In this document: positions 50,601 to 61,437 of the stretch, in pieces
Numbering within the stretch: the stretch's first letter is position 1
Layout: each line of letters begins with the position of its first letter
Assembly: GCA_964016885.1 (NCBI GenBank)
Contig: OZ024743.1
Coordinates: 11,408,001 to 11,472,000 of the forward strand
Direction: 5' to 3'
Source: Eledone cirrhosa
Taxonomy: Eukaryota
Length of the DNA: 64,000 nucleotides
The notes under the pieces: model-generated
Told to the model about the DNA's origin: nothing
The model's input: the letters and a program-made list of their open reading frames with translations, nothing else
Databases searched by the model: none
Position numbers and translations under genes: made by a program

Positions 50601-53186
50601 CGTGTTGCTCGAACCCGAGCAGATGTGTGAAGCTTTTCAGCAGCACTTTGCTGAACTGTTCGGGAGCAGCGGCGACCCGGATCGGGGCATGGATTTCAGT
50701 GCATACCTCGACGGATTGCCTTGGCTCTCGACGACCGCAGCGCAGTGTTGCGAAAAGCCAATAACAGCCGGTGAAATACGAGAAGCGATGGCTAACTGCA
50801 CGAGGGGTAAATCGCCAGGTTTGGATGGTCTGCCCTACGAGCTTTATGCATTTATGCCAGACTTGTTCGGTGACCTCTTGGCAGACGTCTACTGCAACTG
50901 GCAGCAGAACGGGAGCATTCCCAGTTTTTTTGAGCCGGGGAGCGGTGGTGCTGCTGAGAAAAGACCCGAACAAGGGGGATGTTATCGATAATTTCAGGCC
51001 CATAACTCTGCTAAACGCAGAGTTCAAGATTTTAGCCAAGGTGTTAGCAACGGGGTTGGCGCTTGTCATCAAGGGTCTGATCGGAGAGGCGCAGATATGC
51101 GCCATTCCGGACAGATCCATACACGACAACCTCCACCTCATGCGATACATCATAGAGAGGGTGGTTAAGGAACCTGGCACGGGTGGGGCCCTGATCAACT
51201 TGGATCAATCCAAAGCATTCGATAGGGTCGACCATCGGTACCTGGCGGCGGTCCTCGAGACAGCCGGTTTCGGGCCCGTTTTCAGGGGTTGGATCGCTGC
51301 GATGTACAGTGACATCTGCTCAGTTGTGAGGGTGAACGGTCACCTGTCGCAGCCGTTCAGCATCATGCGCTCAGTCCGCCAGGGTTGTCCCCTCTCGTCC
51401 CTCTTGTACGCATAGGCTCTCGAGCCGTTATTGCACAAACTGGGGGCGATGAGAGGCGTCCCACGCGAACTAGGATGCGGGAAATCCGAGTCGGCTTACT
51501 CCGACGACGTCACCGTGGTGGTGTCGAGCACCAGACACGTCCAGATGCTCTGCACCGCTCTCAAGGAATACGAAGCGGTGACAGGAGCAAAGATAAACCA
51601 GGAAAAGTCGGTGGGCTTGCAGCTCAGCACCTGGACTAGCAAGTCCATGCCGTCCGACAGCGTCGTGTGGCGTTGGACGGACGGACCGGTTAAATTGCTC
51701 GGGGTCTGGTTCGGACCGGACTTCCAGATGGAGAAAAACTGGAACGAGGTGACGAGCAAGGTGGCCTCCCTCACCCAGAAATGGGCCGAGAGGAAGCTGT
51801 CCCTGAAAGGCCGGGCGGAGGTGGCGAATGCGTACATCGCATCCGTCATCTGCTACCGCCTCACCGTCGTCCCTTGCCCCGGCCCAACTCTCACCAAAAT
51901 GGAGCGCCTCCTCTTCCGCTTTTTGTGGAAGGGACGCGCTCCCATGGTCAGACGATCCATCTGCTGTCAACACCCGTTGCGTGGAGGACTGGGTATGCCA
52001 TGGCTGATGATGCGCAAACATGCACTGAGGCTGCGATATCTCTGGTGCTTCCTTGACGGTGAACAGATGTGGTCGCCGTTCGCCAGGCACGTTTTCCCAC
52101 AACTCGTCTCCTTCACAGCTCGTCCTGGGCCAGGAAAAGACCGAGGGATAGCGCTTGGAAACCGGAATGTCTCCAGGCGCTCACTGCCCTCTGCCAGCTG
52201 GGCACCAGTATCGGTGGAACATCCACCTCGGCGTTCTATAGAGGACTAGTGGAGGGGAAGAGCGACGACGTTCTCGGAGAGATCCTGGGCGTCGAAGAAG
52301 ATCAGCTGTTTGCTCTCTTCCGGAGAACTTTCAGCCCAGGGCCTATGGATAACTTCCAAAAATCCCTGGCCTGGCATTGCTACCGGGGAGCGCTGCCGGT
52401 TCGAGATAAGCTCTACAGGAACGGAAGCGCCGTCAACCGAGCCTGTCCGAGATGCGCGCAGAGCGAGGAAACCGTCGTGCACGCACTCGTTCAGTGCCCG
52501 AGCATTACTGACTTATGGAGCTATGTCGAACAGTTGCTGTCGCGTGTAGGACTGATCTGGTTATCGACTGAGTCCATTGTGCAGATGGTCTCGCCGTTTT
52601 CCTTCGAGGAGGAAGGGCAGGCGGTTTTACTCTGCCTGTTGGCCATGGCGAAAGAGATTGTGTGGTGGACAAGGTTGAAAGGGTTAAAGACAGACACTTT
52701 CCTCTTCGGCGAATCCCTAATTAACTTTTTCAAGTTTCACTTGAAGAGGAAAATCAGGGTGGAGAGGCAAGTGCTGCCTTCTAGGAAGTTTGTTGAAAGG
52801 TGGGTGAATGTAGCGAGAATGGTCCGAGGGAACGGGATCGCTCTAAATATACGCCTGTAGTTTGAGAAATGGAAAAATTGAGAGAGGGCGCTTGCCCTGG
52901 TGGTCATGGTGGCCGTGGTCTTTTGTGTGGTTTTCGCCACGAGCAACCCTCGGAGGTTTCCCCCCTATCGGGGAATTTGTCATTGTTTCAATTTTCATTT
53001 TTATTGTTTATATATATGTTTCTATGTCTTTTTCTTTTTCTTTTTCTTTTCTTATATAAATAATAAAAAATCTTTACACGAACAAAACCCACATTGTACC
53101 GTCCTGTGCCGTCTGTAATGTTTTTCTTGATGTCAGCCCCTGTGGCCAATAAAGAAATCATTATTATTATTATTATTATTATTATT
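47635..53186 (+). mobile_element. Tx1/L1-clade LINE copy 1 (5'-truncated, decayed)
   Basis: Frameshifted ORF1 (CYLCGSKGHLRAFC knuckle) to 49415; ORF2 49448-52860 with stops and frameshifts; AATAAA at 53148 plus (ATT)n tail. Confidence 0.92.
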
Positions 53187-53391
53187 GGCGACCTACGTAG
53201 TAAATCGTATCATCGTGAGCTCCGCAAAGGTTTGTTATTTCCGTTTGTTAAAAATTGCCATTTATGGAAAATTTTTATTGTTAACCATAAGCGCACATAC
53301 ATTGTTTTCCGAAAAGGACACCCAAAAAGATTGGGGCCTTGTGCCCAAAATTTAAACTTTTATTATTATCAAAAAAATTTCTTTGAAAAAA

Positions 53392-55368
53392 ATGGCTAAT
53401 TCACCTCTGCACCAAGCAGCTGAAAGCCTTCCTCACAAATTAACACCTCACACCGACACCACCATTGTAAATGTTACTACGTTTGCCAACACTACAAAAA
53501 ATATAAGTACTAGCAATATTTTAAATTTGTCTCAGGCAGACATTCATTTCCCGCCATTACCAATGACTGCAGGTGTTAAAACCTCCACCACCACCACCAC
53601 CACCGCGACAACCACCACCCCCACCACCACCGCGACAACAGAAACAAAAGAAGAAAAAAATAAATTAACTCGTGATGTCGAAATGAAATCAAGCAAAATG
53701 GACTCTTCCCCACCAAAGACGACTGACGTCACCACCACCACAACTGAAACTAAAATTAATATTAACACAAATAACGATAGCAACAACAACAACAATGACA
53801 TTATAAAAACCACCGTCAGTTTTGCCAGAGTAGCAAAACAGTTCGAAGCAGTTACGGTAACTCAGGAGGATTTAGAAAATGCCAAACAAATGGTAAAGAA
53901 AGATGGGTACAGGGTCAGCCCCCCCCCACCTAATAAAATGGAGCATCGGCGCCTATTCACCGTGTCGTATCGAACAATAAATGTAAAATCGCGCCGAGTG
54001 GAACGGGCATCCGAGTCCCAAATCCAAAAAGCTTTGGGACATGTGTGGGCAAGAAAAACCCACATCAGACGTGGGCAGAAGTATGGAACCGTGGACGTGT
54101 TCTTTGAAACACCAGAGGAGGCTAGAGAACACTCCATGGCCCCATTAAGAAGTGACGACTTCACACTCGTCCCAAGCTATTGTGGCCAGAGACTCGTAAA
54201 GATCAGGGTGACTCACGTTCCACCGGCCATCGAAATTCCCTGGCTAATAGCGGCCGTCCTCGCCGGCATCGAAGCCAACACAAAAATAATAGCAATAGCA
54301 AAAGAAAAGCAGGAGAACTGGTCCGGATCTGGGATGGAGCTCCTGATCCAAGCGGACCAAAAAAGCATTGAGGAGATCCCAGAGGTAATAGACCTCACTG
54401 ACGGCAGCCACCTCACGGTAATTGTCGAGGGCAGAAGACCTAGGTGTGTCGTTTGTGGTGAAGGAACCCACCTAAGGGCTTTCTGCCCTCAGGCTAAAAG
54501 GTTGAGGCCACCTCTCCTACCCACCCCAGTGACACAACCATCAACACCACCAGTAGCAGAGATGGCAGCAACAACTGTAGCAGCAACAACAGAAGCAACT
54601 ATAACAGCAACAACCCCAGCAACAGTAGCAAAACCAACACCGCCACCACCACCACCACCCAACGCTTCAGAACTAGCACCAGCGCCTACACCATCCACCA
54701 CGCCACAAGCAAAACTAACGCCTGTGGAGGATTTTCCACTCCCCGGCCTATCACAACTGGAGACAGATTGTGACGACGAGGAGTGGGAAACGATATCCGG
54801 AAAAAAAAAGAAACCAAAAAAGAAAAAGTACTCTTCCTTCCCCCTCCAAAAACAAAATACAGAGGGAAACAAATAAATTAAGAAACAAAAAAGTTAGGAC
54901 AGATATGCCACCATCCACACCAGCATCACCAACCCCATCAACCCAAACACCAACACCATCACCATCATTAACCCCAACACCACCATCACCTACATCACAA
55001 AAGTCACCAAAATGCGAAACAGAAACAAACCCACAACAAACGAAAACAAAACAAAACAACCAAAACGATACACACTACACAGCATTAAATTTGAACAACA
55101 AGCAATTATTATACTACATCCAACACAACACCAGCATCACAGAAAAAGACTACACAACAACCCAAAAATTCACACCACCTCCGCACATACAAATCACTCG
55201 CATCACACAGAAAACGTACATGACACTAAAAAAAAAAAATTCCCCAAAGACATCGGAGACTTCCGACAAGCACTCTCCAGGAGGATTTATAAGGACATCC
55301 TTCCTGAGGAGGCCACAAGCAGTGAAAAGGATGGAAAAACCGTCCTTCCCCTACGAGAAGTAAGGTAA
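53392..55368 (+). CDS. LINE ORF1 (gag-like, CCHC knuckle); two frameshifts in poly-A runs (~54810 and ~55235)
   Basis: CVVCGEGTHLRAFC; the three overlapping ORFs join into one protein colinear with the intact ORF1 of copy 3. Confidence 0.85.
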
Positions 55369-55402
55369 GTGGTCTTTCCCATCTTTTCCACTCCTTTTCA
55401 AC

Positions 55403-58400
55403 ATGACCTCACTTAGAATAGGCAGCATAAATGCGCGTGGCTTGGGGTCGTCATGGAAGCAGGGCCACCTGCTCAACGACCTCAGGTCACTAAACATAGA
55501 TGTAGTGGCCATCAGCGAGACCAGAATCTCCGAAGCACAGGCTTTCGCACCGATCTTCGGCGGCTACGATGTGTACGCATCTCCCAGCCGTCCGGGATCG
55601 GGGGGAGGAGTTGCTGTGCTTTTTCGGAGAGGTTTGGATCTTGCCATACGGGCCATCTTCCTGGACCCAGAAGGTAAGTTGGTGGTGCTGGACGTGACCA
55701 GCGGAGACGGGCAAGCTTTCAGGTTAGTGGCCGTCTATGCCCCGACAGGAGCAGGGCGGCCTGATTTCTTCCGGCGTCTGGAGACCTTTCTTGGAACGTC
55801 CCGCTCTTTAGTGTTAGTGGGCGACTGGAACGGGATCTTAGATGCACGCTGGGATTGTGTTGGATTAGTGGATAGGGAAGGAGGGTGCAAGAGTCTCACC
55901 AACCTGCTCAGACGTTTTGAACTGTCTGACAGGTACCGAATGGATTTCCCGAATGTACCAATGTGGACTTGGACAAATCGCATAGGGTCATCCAGATCAT
56001 ATCTAGATAGAGTATTTTGTAGGGAAATAGATAGGTCTAGCATAGGCTGTCCACAATTCAAGATAGTCAGCTACACGGACCACAAATTTGTGATCTGTGT
56101 GCTTGACTTAGATAGGCTTCATAGACGAGGACCCGGCTACTGGAAGCTAAACGCGTCCTTACCAGCGCGCAAGGCCTACAGAGACCGGATTAGCGAACTA
56201 GTTAAGCGGGCGTTGACGGGGGCCATCGTCAACAACAAGTGGTGGTTTGCTCTGAAAAGAGCAATTAGAATAGAGTCCATTAGGTTTAGTAAGACTTTAG
56301 CAATAGAGAAAAATAGAGCAGAGGGAGAATTAGTTAGAAAATTAGATGAGGCGCTTAGCAAAGGCATCGCGACCGACGTACTTGCGGCGAAATTGGGCCT
56401 TGACCAATTCTTCAATGCAAAGCACGAAGGCTGCGTTGTCAGAGCTAGGGTGCGTGCTCTCAGACACAAGGGGACGAAAGCCGTTCAATGGGCCCGAGTG
56501 GCGGAGGCGCGTCGTGGCAACAAAGCCACGATCCGGTCTTTGGTGGACCACGACGGGCGCATGCTACTCGATCCCGGGCAAATGTGTGAAGCTTTTCAGC
56601 GACACTTCGCTCAACTGTTCGGGGGCAGTGGCGGGCCGGATCGAGGGATGGACTTTAGTGTCTACCTCGACGGACTGCCGTGGCTTTCGGCCACTGAGGC
56701 GGAGTGTTGCGAAAAGCCGATAGCAACCGCTGAAGTACGGGATGCAATGAATAGTTGCACAAGGGGTAAATCGCCTGGTTTGGATGGTCTGCCCTATGAA
56801 CTTTACGTACAAATGCCAGACTTGTTCGGAGGCCTCTTGGCGGACGTCTACTGCAACTGGCAACAGAACGGGAGAATTCCCAGCTCTGTGAGCCGAGGAG
56901 CGGTGGCGCTGCTGAGAAAGGATCCGAACAAGGGGGATAACATAGATAATTTTAGGCCCATAACTCTGCTAAACACAGAGTTCAAGATTTTTGCCAAGGT
57001 GCTAGCAAAGAGGTTGGCGCTTGTCGTTGGTGGTCTGGTGGGAGAGGCACAGACATGCGCCATTCCCGACAGATCCATCCACGACAACCTCCACCTCATG
57101 CGATACATCGTAGAGAAGGTAGCTAGGGAACCTGGCACGGGTGGGTCTTTGATCAATTTAGATCAGTCGAAAGCCTTCGATAGGGTCGACCATCGTTACC
57201 TAGCGGCAGTCCTGAGGGCGGATGGCTTTGGGCCCGTCTTCAGAGGCTGGATCGCTGCCATGCACAGCGACATCTGCTCTGTAGTGAGAGTGAACGGTCA
57301 CCTTTCGGAACCGTTCAACATCATGCGCTCGGTCCGCCAAGGATGTCCCCTCTCGTCCCTATTGTACGTATTGACTCTCGAGCCATTACTGCACAAACTG
57401 GAGACGTTGAGGGGGGTCCCGCGCGAACTAGGATGCGGAAGATCCGTGTCAGCATATGCCGACGATGTCACCGTAGTGGTGTCGAACGCCAAACACATCG
57501 AGGCGATCGGCACTACACTAAGAGAATACGAAGCGGTGACAGGAGCAATGATCAACCAGGAAAAGTCAGTGGGCCTGCAGCTCGGCACCTGGAGAGTCAG
57601 GTCCATGCCGTCCAACAGCGTCGTCGGGCGCTGGACGGACGGACCGGTTAAATTGCTAGGGGTCTGGTTCGGTCCAGACCTCCAGACGGACAAAAACTGG
57701 GACGAGGTGACGAGCAGGGTGGCTTCTCTCACCCAGAAATGGGCCGAGAGGAAGCTATCCCTGAAAGGTCGAGCGGAGGTGGCTAACGCGTACATCGCGT
57801 CCGTCATCTACTACCGCCTGACCGTCGTACCTTGTCCTAAGCCCCGCCTGACTGCGCTGGAGAGTTTGCTCTTTCGCTTCTTGTGGAAGGGACGCGCTCC
57901 GATGGTCAGGCGGTCCATCTGCTGTCAACACCCGCTACGTGGAGGGCTGGGCATGCCGTGGCTGATGATGCGCAGACACGCGCTCAGGCTACGACATCTC
58001 CACCTCTTCCTCGACGGTGATCAGGTGTGGTCGCCGTTTGCTAGACACGTTTTTCCCCAGCTCGTCTCCTTGACGGAGCTGCAGTCCTGGGTCAAGCGAA
58101 GACCGAGAGGGAGCGCTTGGAGACTGGAATGTCTTCAGGCGCTCACAGCCCTCGACCAATCGGGCAATGTGATCGGTGGAAACTCCACCTTGGCGTTCTA
58201 TAGGGGATTAGTGGAGGGGAAGAGCGACGACGTACTTGGAGAAACTCTAGGCGTCGACGAAAATCAACTAGCCAATCTCTTCGGAAGGACTTTCGGGCCG
58301 GGGCCTATGGACAACTTCCAGAAATCCCTGGCCTGGCAGTGCTACCGGGGTGCTTTGCCAGTTCGGGATAAACTTTACAGGCATGGAGGTGCCGTCAGCC

Positions 58401-58822
58401 GAGCATGTCCGAGATGCGCACAGGGCGACGAAACCGTCCTGCACGCACTCGTCCAGTGTCCGAGCATTGCTGACTTGTGGGTTTATGTCGAACACCTGCT
58501 GTCACGTGTAGGACGGATCCAGCTATCAGCTGAGTCCATCGTGAGGATTGCCCCGCCCCCTTCCTTTAGCCGGGAAGGGCAGGCAGTTTTTATCTGTCTG
58601 GTGGCCATGGCGAAAGAGATAGTATGGTGGACACGTTTGAAAGGGCTGAAGACGAGCACTTACCTCTTCGGTGATGCCCTGATTAACTTTTTCAAATTTC
58701 ATTTGAAAAGGAAAATCAGGGTAGAGAGGGAAGTGCTCTCTTCCCAGCATTTTGTTGAAAGATGGGTGAGAGAAGCAAGTATGGCCCGAATGAATGGGCC
58801 TTCTCTGAGTATGTGTCTGTAA
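55403..58822 (+). CDS. LINE ORF2: APE endonuclease, reverse transcriptase, C-terminal Zn motif (1139 aa)
   Basis: INARGL/ISET/GDWN/YLDRVF/TDH (APE); NFRPITLLN, DQSKAFDRV, QGCPLS, YADD (RT); CPRC..ETVLHALVQC. Confidence 0.97.
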   Translation: MTSLRIGSINARGLGSSWKQGHLLNDLRSLNIDVVAISETRISEAQAFAPIFGGYDVYASPSRPGSGGGVAVLFRRGLDLAIRAIFLDPEGKLVVLDVTSGDGQAFRLVAVYAPTGAGRPDFFRRLETFLGTSRSLVLVGDWNGILDARWDCVGLVDREGGCKSLTNLLRRFELSDRYRMDFPNVPMWTWTNRIGSSRSYLDRVFCREIDRSSIGCPQFKIVSYTDHKFVICVLDLDRLHRRGPGYWKLNASLPARKAYRDRISELVKRALTGAIVNNKWWFALKRAIRIESIRFSKTLAIEKNRAEGELVRKLDEALSKGIATDVLAAKLGLDQFFNAKHEGCVVRARVRALRHKGTKAVQWARVAEARRGNKATIRSLVDHDGRMLLDPGQMCEAFQRHFAQLFGGSGGPDRGMDFSVYLDGLPWLSATEAECCEKPIATAEVRDAMNSCTRGKSPGLDGLPYELYVQMPDLFGGLLADVYCNWQQNGRIPSSVSRGAVALLRKDPNKGDNIDNFRPITLLNTEFKIFAKVLAKRLALVVGGLVGEAQTCAIPDRSIHDNLHLMRYIVEKVAREPGTGGSLINLDQSKAFDRVDHRYLAAVLRADGFGPVFRGWIAAMHSDICSVVRVNGHLSEPFNIMRSVRQGCPLSSLLYVLTLEPLLHKLETLRGVPRELGCGRSVSAYADDVTVVVSNAKHIEAIGTTLREYEAVTGAMINQEKSVGLQLGTWRVRSMPSNSVVGRWTDGPVKLLGVWFGPDLQTDKNWDEVTSRVASLTQKWAERKLSLKGRAEVANAYIASVIYYRLTVVPCPKPRLTALESLLFRFLWKGRAPMVRRSICCQHPLRGGLGMPWLMMRRHALRLRHLHLFLDGDQVWSPFARHVFPQLVSLTELQSWVKRRPRGSAWRLECLQALTALDQSGNVIGGNSTLAFYRGLVEGKSDDVLGETLGVDENQLANLFGRTFGPGPMDNFQKSLAWQCYRGALPVRDKLYRHGGAVSRACPRCAQGDETVLHALVQCPSIADLWVYVEHLLSRVGRIQLSAESIVRIAPPPSFSREGQAVFICLVAMAKEIVWWTRLKGLKTSTYLFGDALINFFKFHLKRKIRVEREVLSSQHFVERWVREASMARMNGPSLSMCL

Positions 58823-59305
58823 ATTAAAGGTGGAAAACTGGGAGAGGGCACTTGCCCTGGTGGTCAGGGCCACTGTGGTCTTTTAATGGGCTTTCTCCAC
58901 AAATGTCCCTCGGAAGTCTCTCCCCTATTGGGGAATTTTTCTTTGTTATTTTATTTCATCCGCTGTTTTTTTACACGCAGAAATGACCATTTGTACCGTC
59001 CTGTATTGTCCTGTACTGTCCTTAATGTCTACTTTATGTAAACCCTTGTGGTTAATAAAGAAAACATTATTATTATTATTATTATTATTATTGAATGCCA
59101 TGGTTGACGGAGGCTCGGCTCTGTAAGGTATAGTAATTTTTAACCGTTAAAACAATTGTAAATTGTTTAAAACTTGAACCAAATTGTTGATAAAGACACC
59201 CTCCTCCTCGTGAGAGGGGTCTTTCTGTCCGTTATTTGGCCCTTCGGGGTTAAATAACCAGTTATTGGGGTTTTGTACCCAAAATTTCATTTTAAACAAA
59301 AAAAC

Positions 59306-61402
59306 ATGGCTACGAAAAAGAAATTTCATACGTCACTCCCACTCATTCCGTCTTCTTCTTCCTCAATCATCACTACGGCAGAGAGAAGATTGTCTCTCTC
59401 CCTCCCTTCTTTAAATGTGTCTCTCTCCCTCCCTTCTCTTTCGCAAGCGACGAAAGAAAAGAAAAGTCTCGTGCAAAGCGTGCAAGGTTTCTCCACGACG
59501 ACGACGACAGCGACGAAACAGGTGTGCGGGAAATACGAAAACCCAGTTCATTCGTCTGACGTCAGGAATAATAGCAGTAGCAGCCGTAATAACAACAGCA
59601 ACAGTGACAATGAAAACAACAGTAGCAGCCGCAACAGCATCACCAGCAGCATAAACAACAACAGCATTAGCAGCAGCAACACCAACAACAACCACAGCAA
59701 CAGCGGCGGAGGCAGTAGTCGTAGTACCTGCAGCAACAACAAAAGTACCAGCAGCTCTGACGACAACAACAACAGCAGAGAAAAACCAATCTCATTTGCA
59801 GGTATTGCGAAAAACTTGGAAACAATCCTCATAACAAATGAGGAATTAGAGGAAGCGAAGAAGATGGTGACAAAGAACGGACACCGAGCAATCTGCAAGG
59901 CAGCGAAAAAATTTTTCGAAACCCAAGAGCACTGTACGGTCACGTACCGTACAGTAAGTACAAAATCCCGTAGGGTGGAAAGAGCCACAGAGGCCCAAAT
60001 ACAAAAAGCCTTGGGGTCTGTGTGGCAGAGGAAAACGCACATCACCCGAGGCAAAAAATACGCCACCGTAGACGTACTTTTTGCCACACCCCAGGAGGCA
60101 AAGGCCCAATCAGTAGTGACCCTAAGGAGCGAGGAAATGGTGTTGGTGCCCTCCTACTGCGGGCAAAAAATTGTGAGGGTCAAACTGACCCACGTCCCCC
60201 CCGGAATGACCCCTTCTTGGCTGGCCGCGTCTGTCCTCGTCGGAATCGAGGACAAAACAACTGTACTGCAAGTACAGAAAAAAGTAAGAGAAGATTGGGT
60301 CGGCTCCTCCATTGAGATGCTAATCCAAACCAACCAGGAGTGCATCGAAGCTATCCCGGATGTGATAGACTTCGATAACGGCACTCAACTGCCCATAAGT
60401 GTTGAGGGCAAACGCCCGAAATGCTTTCGCTGTGGATCGAAGACTCACCTCAGGGCCTTCTGCAACGAGAAGACCCTGAGAAAGGAGAAAACCCCCCTCC
60501 TTCCGAATCCGGCTCCACGGCTACCAGCAACAGGACAAGCGGCAACCAGGAACGATAGGTCCGTGGCACCCATACCCACTCCACGGAAATCAAAGACAGC
60601 AGCAGCAGTGGAAATATTAACAACAACAACAGCAATACCAAATGCAGCTGCAACAGAGACTCCAGTGCAAACATCACCAACAACAACAAGTGAAAGAGTG
60701 GAGCTGGTACCCCTCCCCGACCTTACAGAATCAGACATGGAGTGTGAGGTGGGAGAGGGATGGCAAAAGGTCGCAAGAAGGCACAAACGCAGAAGCAGCG
60801 CATCGTCGCCTTTGAAAAGGGAGGAAAGAAATGAGAAAAGGGTAAAGTCTACTGCAAAGAGACCCACAGCAGCAACACCACCAACACCATCACCACCCAC
60901 ACCAGCACCACCATCACCACCGGCGACAACCCCACCGCCAACAACACCTTCAACACCACCACCACAAGCACCAACATCGCAAACACAACAACAAAACACA
61001 CACACCCAGCAACAACGACAAGAAAATAGCAGAACCACACCCCACCCCCAGAAAAACAAATGCACGGCAATAAACACACACAATAAGAAACTAATGACTT
61101 ACATAATTGAACACACAGACATTTCACAACAGGACTACATAATACCAGCACCAATCAAAACGCCAACTAACATAAGACTGCTAAAAATAGCACAGAATCA
61201 ATACACAAACATTAAAACGAAATTCCCCAACGCAGTTGGTGATTTCAGGGACCTAGGAGGAACCATTAATCGAAGAGTATATTCAGACATTCTCTTAGAA
61301 GAGCCGACGACCAGCCGAAGGGACGATTCAACGGTCCCTTCACCAGACGATCAAGTGAAAAGGGATGTAAAAACCATCCCTCCTCTACCAAAAGTACGGT
61401 AA
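59306..61402 (+). CDS. LINE ORF1, intact (698 aa from first ATG)
   Basis: N/S-rich N-terminus, conserved core, CFRCGSKTHLRAFC knuckle, P/T-rich linker, conserved C-terminal domain. Confidence 0.9.
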   Translation: MATKKKFHTSLPLIPSSSSSIITTAERRLSLSLPSLNVSLSLPSLSQATKEKKSLVQSVQGFSTTTTTATKQVCGKYENPVHSSDVRNNSSSSRNNNSNSDNENNSSSRNSITSSINNNSISSSNTNNNHSNSGGGSSRSTCSNNKSTSSSDDNNNSREKPISFAGIAKNLETILITNEELEEAKKMVTKNGHRAICKAAKKFFETQEHCTVTYRTVSTKSRRVERATEAQIQKALGSVWQRKTHITRGKKYATVDVLFATPQEAKAQSVVTLRSEEMVLVPSYCGQKIVRVKLTHVPPGMTPSWLAASVLVGIEDKTTVLQVQKKVREDWVGSSIEMLIQTNQECIEAIPDVIDFDNGTQLPISVEGKRPKCFRCGSKTHLRAFCNEKTLRKEKTPLLPNPAPRLPATGQAATRNDRSVAPIPTPRKSKTAAAVEILTTTTAIPNAAATETPVQTSPTTTSERVELVPLPDLTESDMECEVGEGWQKVARRHKRRSSASSPLKREERNEKRVKSTAKRPTAATPPTPSPPTPAPPSPPATTPPPTTPSTPPPQAPTSQTQQQNTHTQQQRQENSRTTPHPQKNKCTAINTHNKKLMTYIIEHTDISQQDYIIPAPIKTPTNIRLLKIAQNQYTNIKTKFPNAVGDFRDLGGTINRRVYSDILLEEPTTSRRDDSTVPSPDDQVKRDVKTIPPLPKVR

Positions 61403-61437
61403 GTGGTCTTTCCCATCTTTTCCACTCTATTTTAAAC

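Larger units (their letters stand above)
53187..59092 (+). mobile_element. Tx1/L1-clade LINE copy 2 (full length)
   Basis: 5'UTR, ORF1, intact ORF2, 3'UTR, AATAAA at 59054, (ATT)n tail. Confidence 0.95.

Noticed and set aside
54800-55240. Programmed frameshifting in LINE copy 2 ORF1
   Set aside because: Shifts occur in A homopolymers and copy 3 is open across the same region; indel mutation or sequencing error is more likely.
59190-59270. HDV-like ribozyme in the LINE 5'UTR (TCCTCGTG resembles loop L3)
   Set aside because: P3 is mismatched, there is no GG for P1.1 and no room for P1/P2 in the required order.
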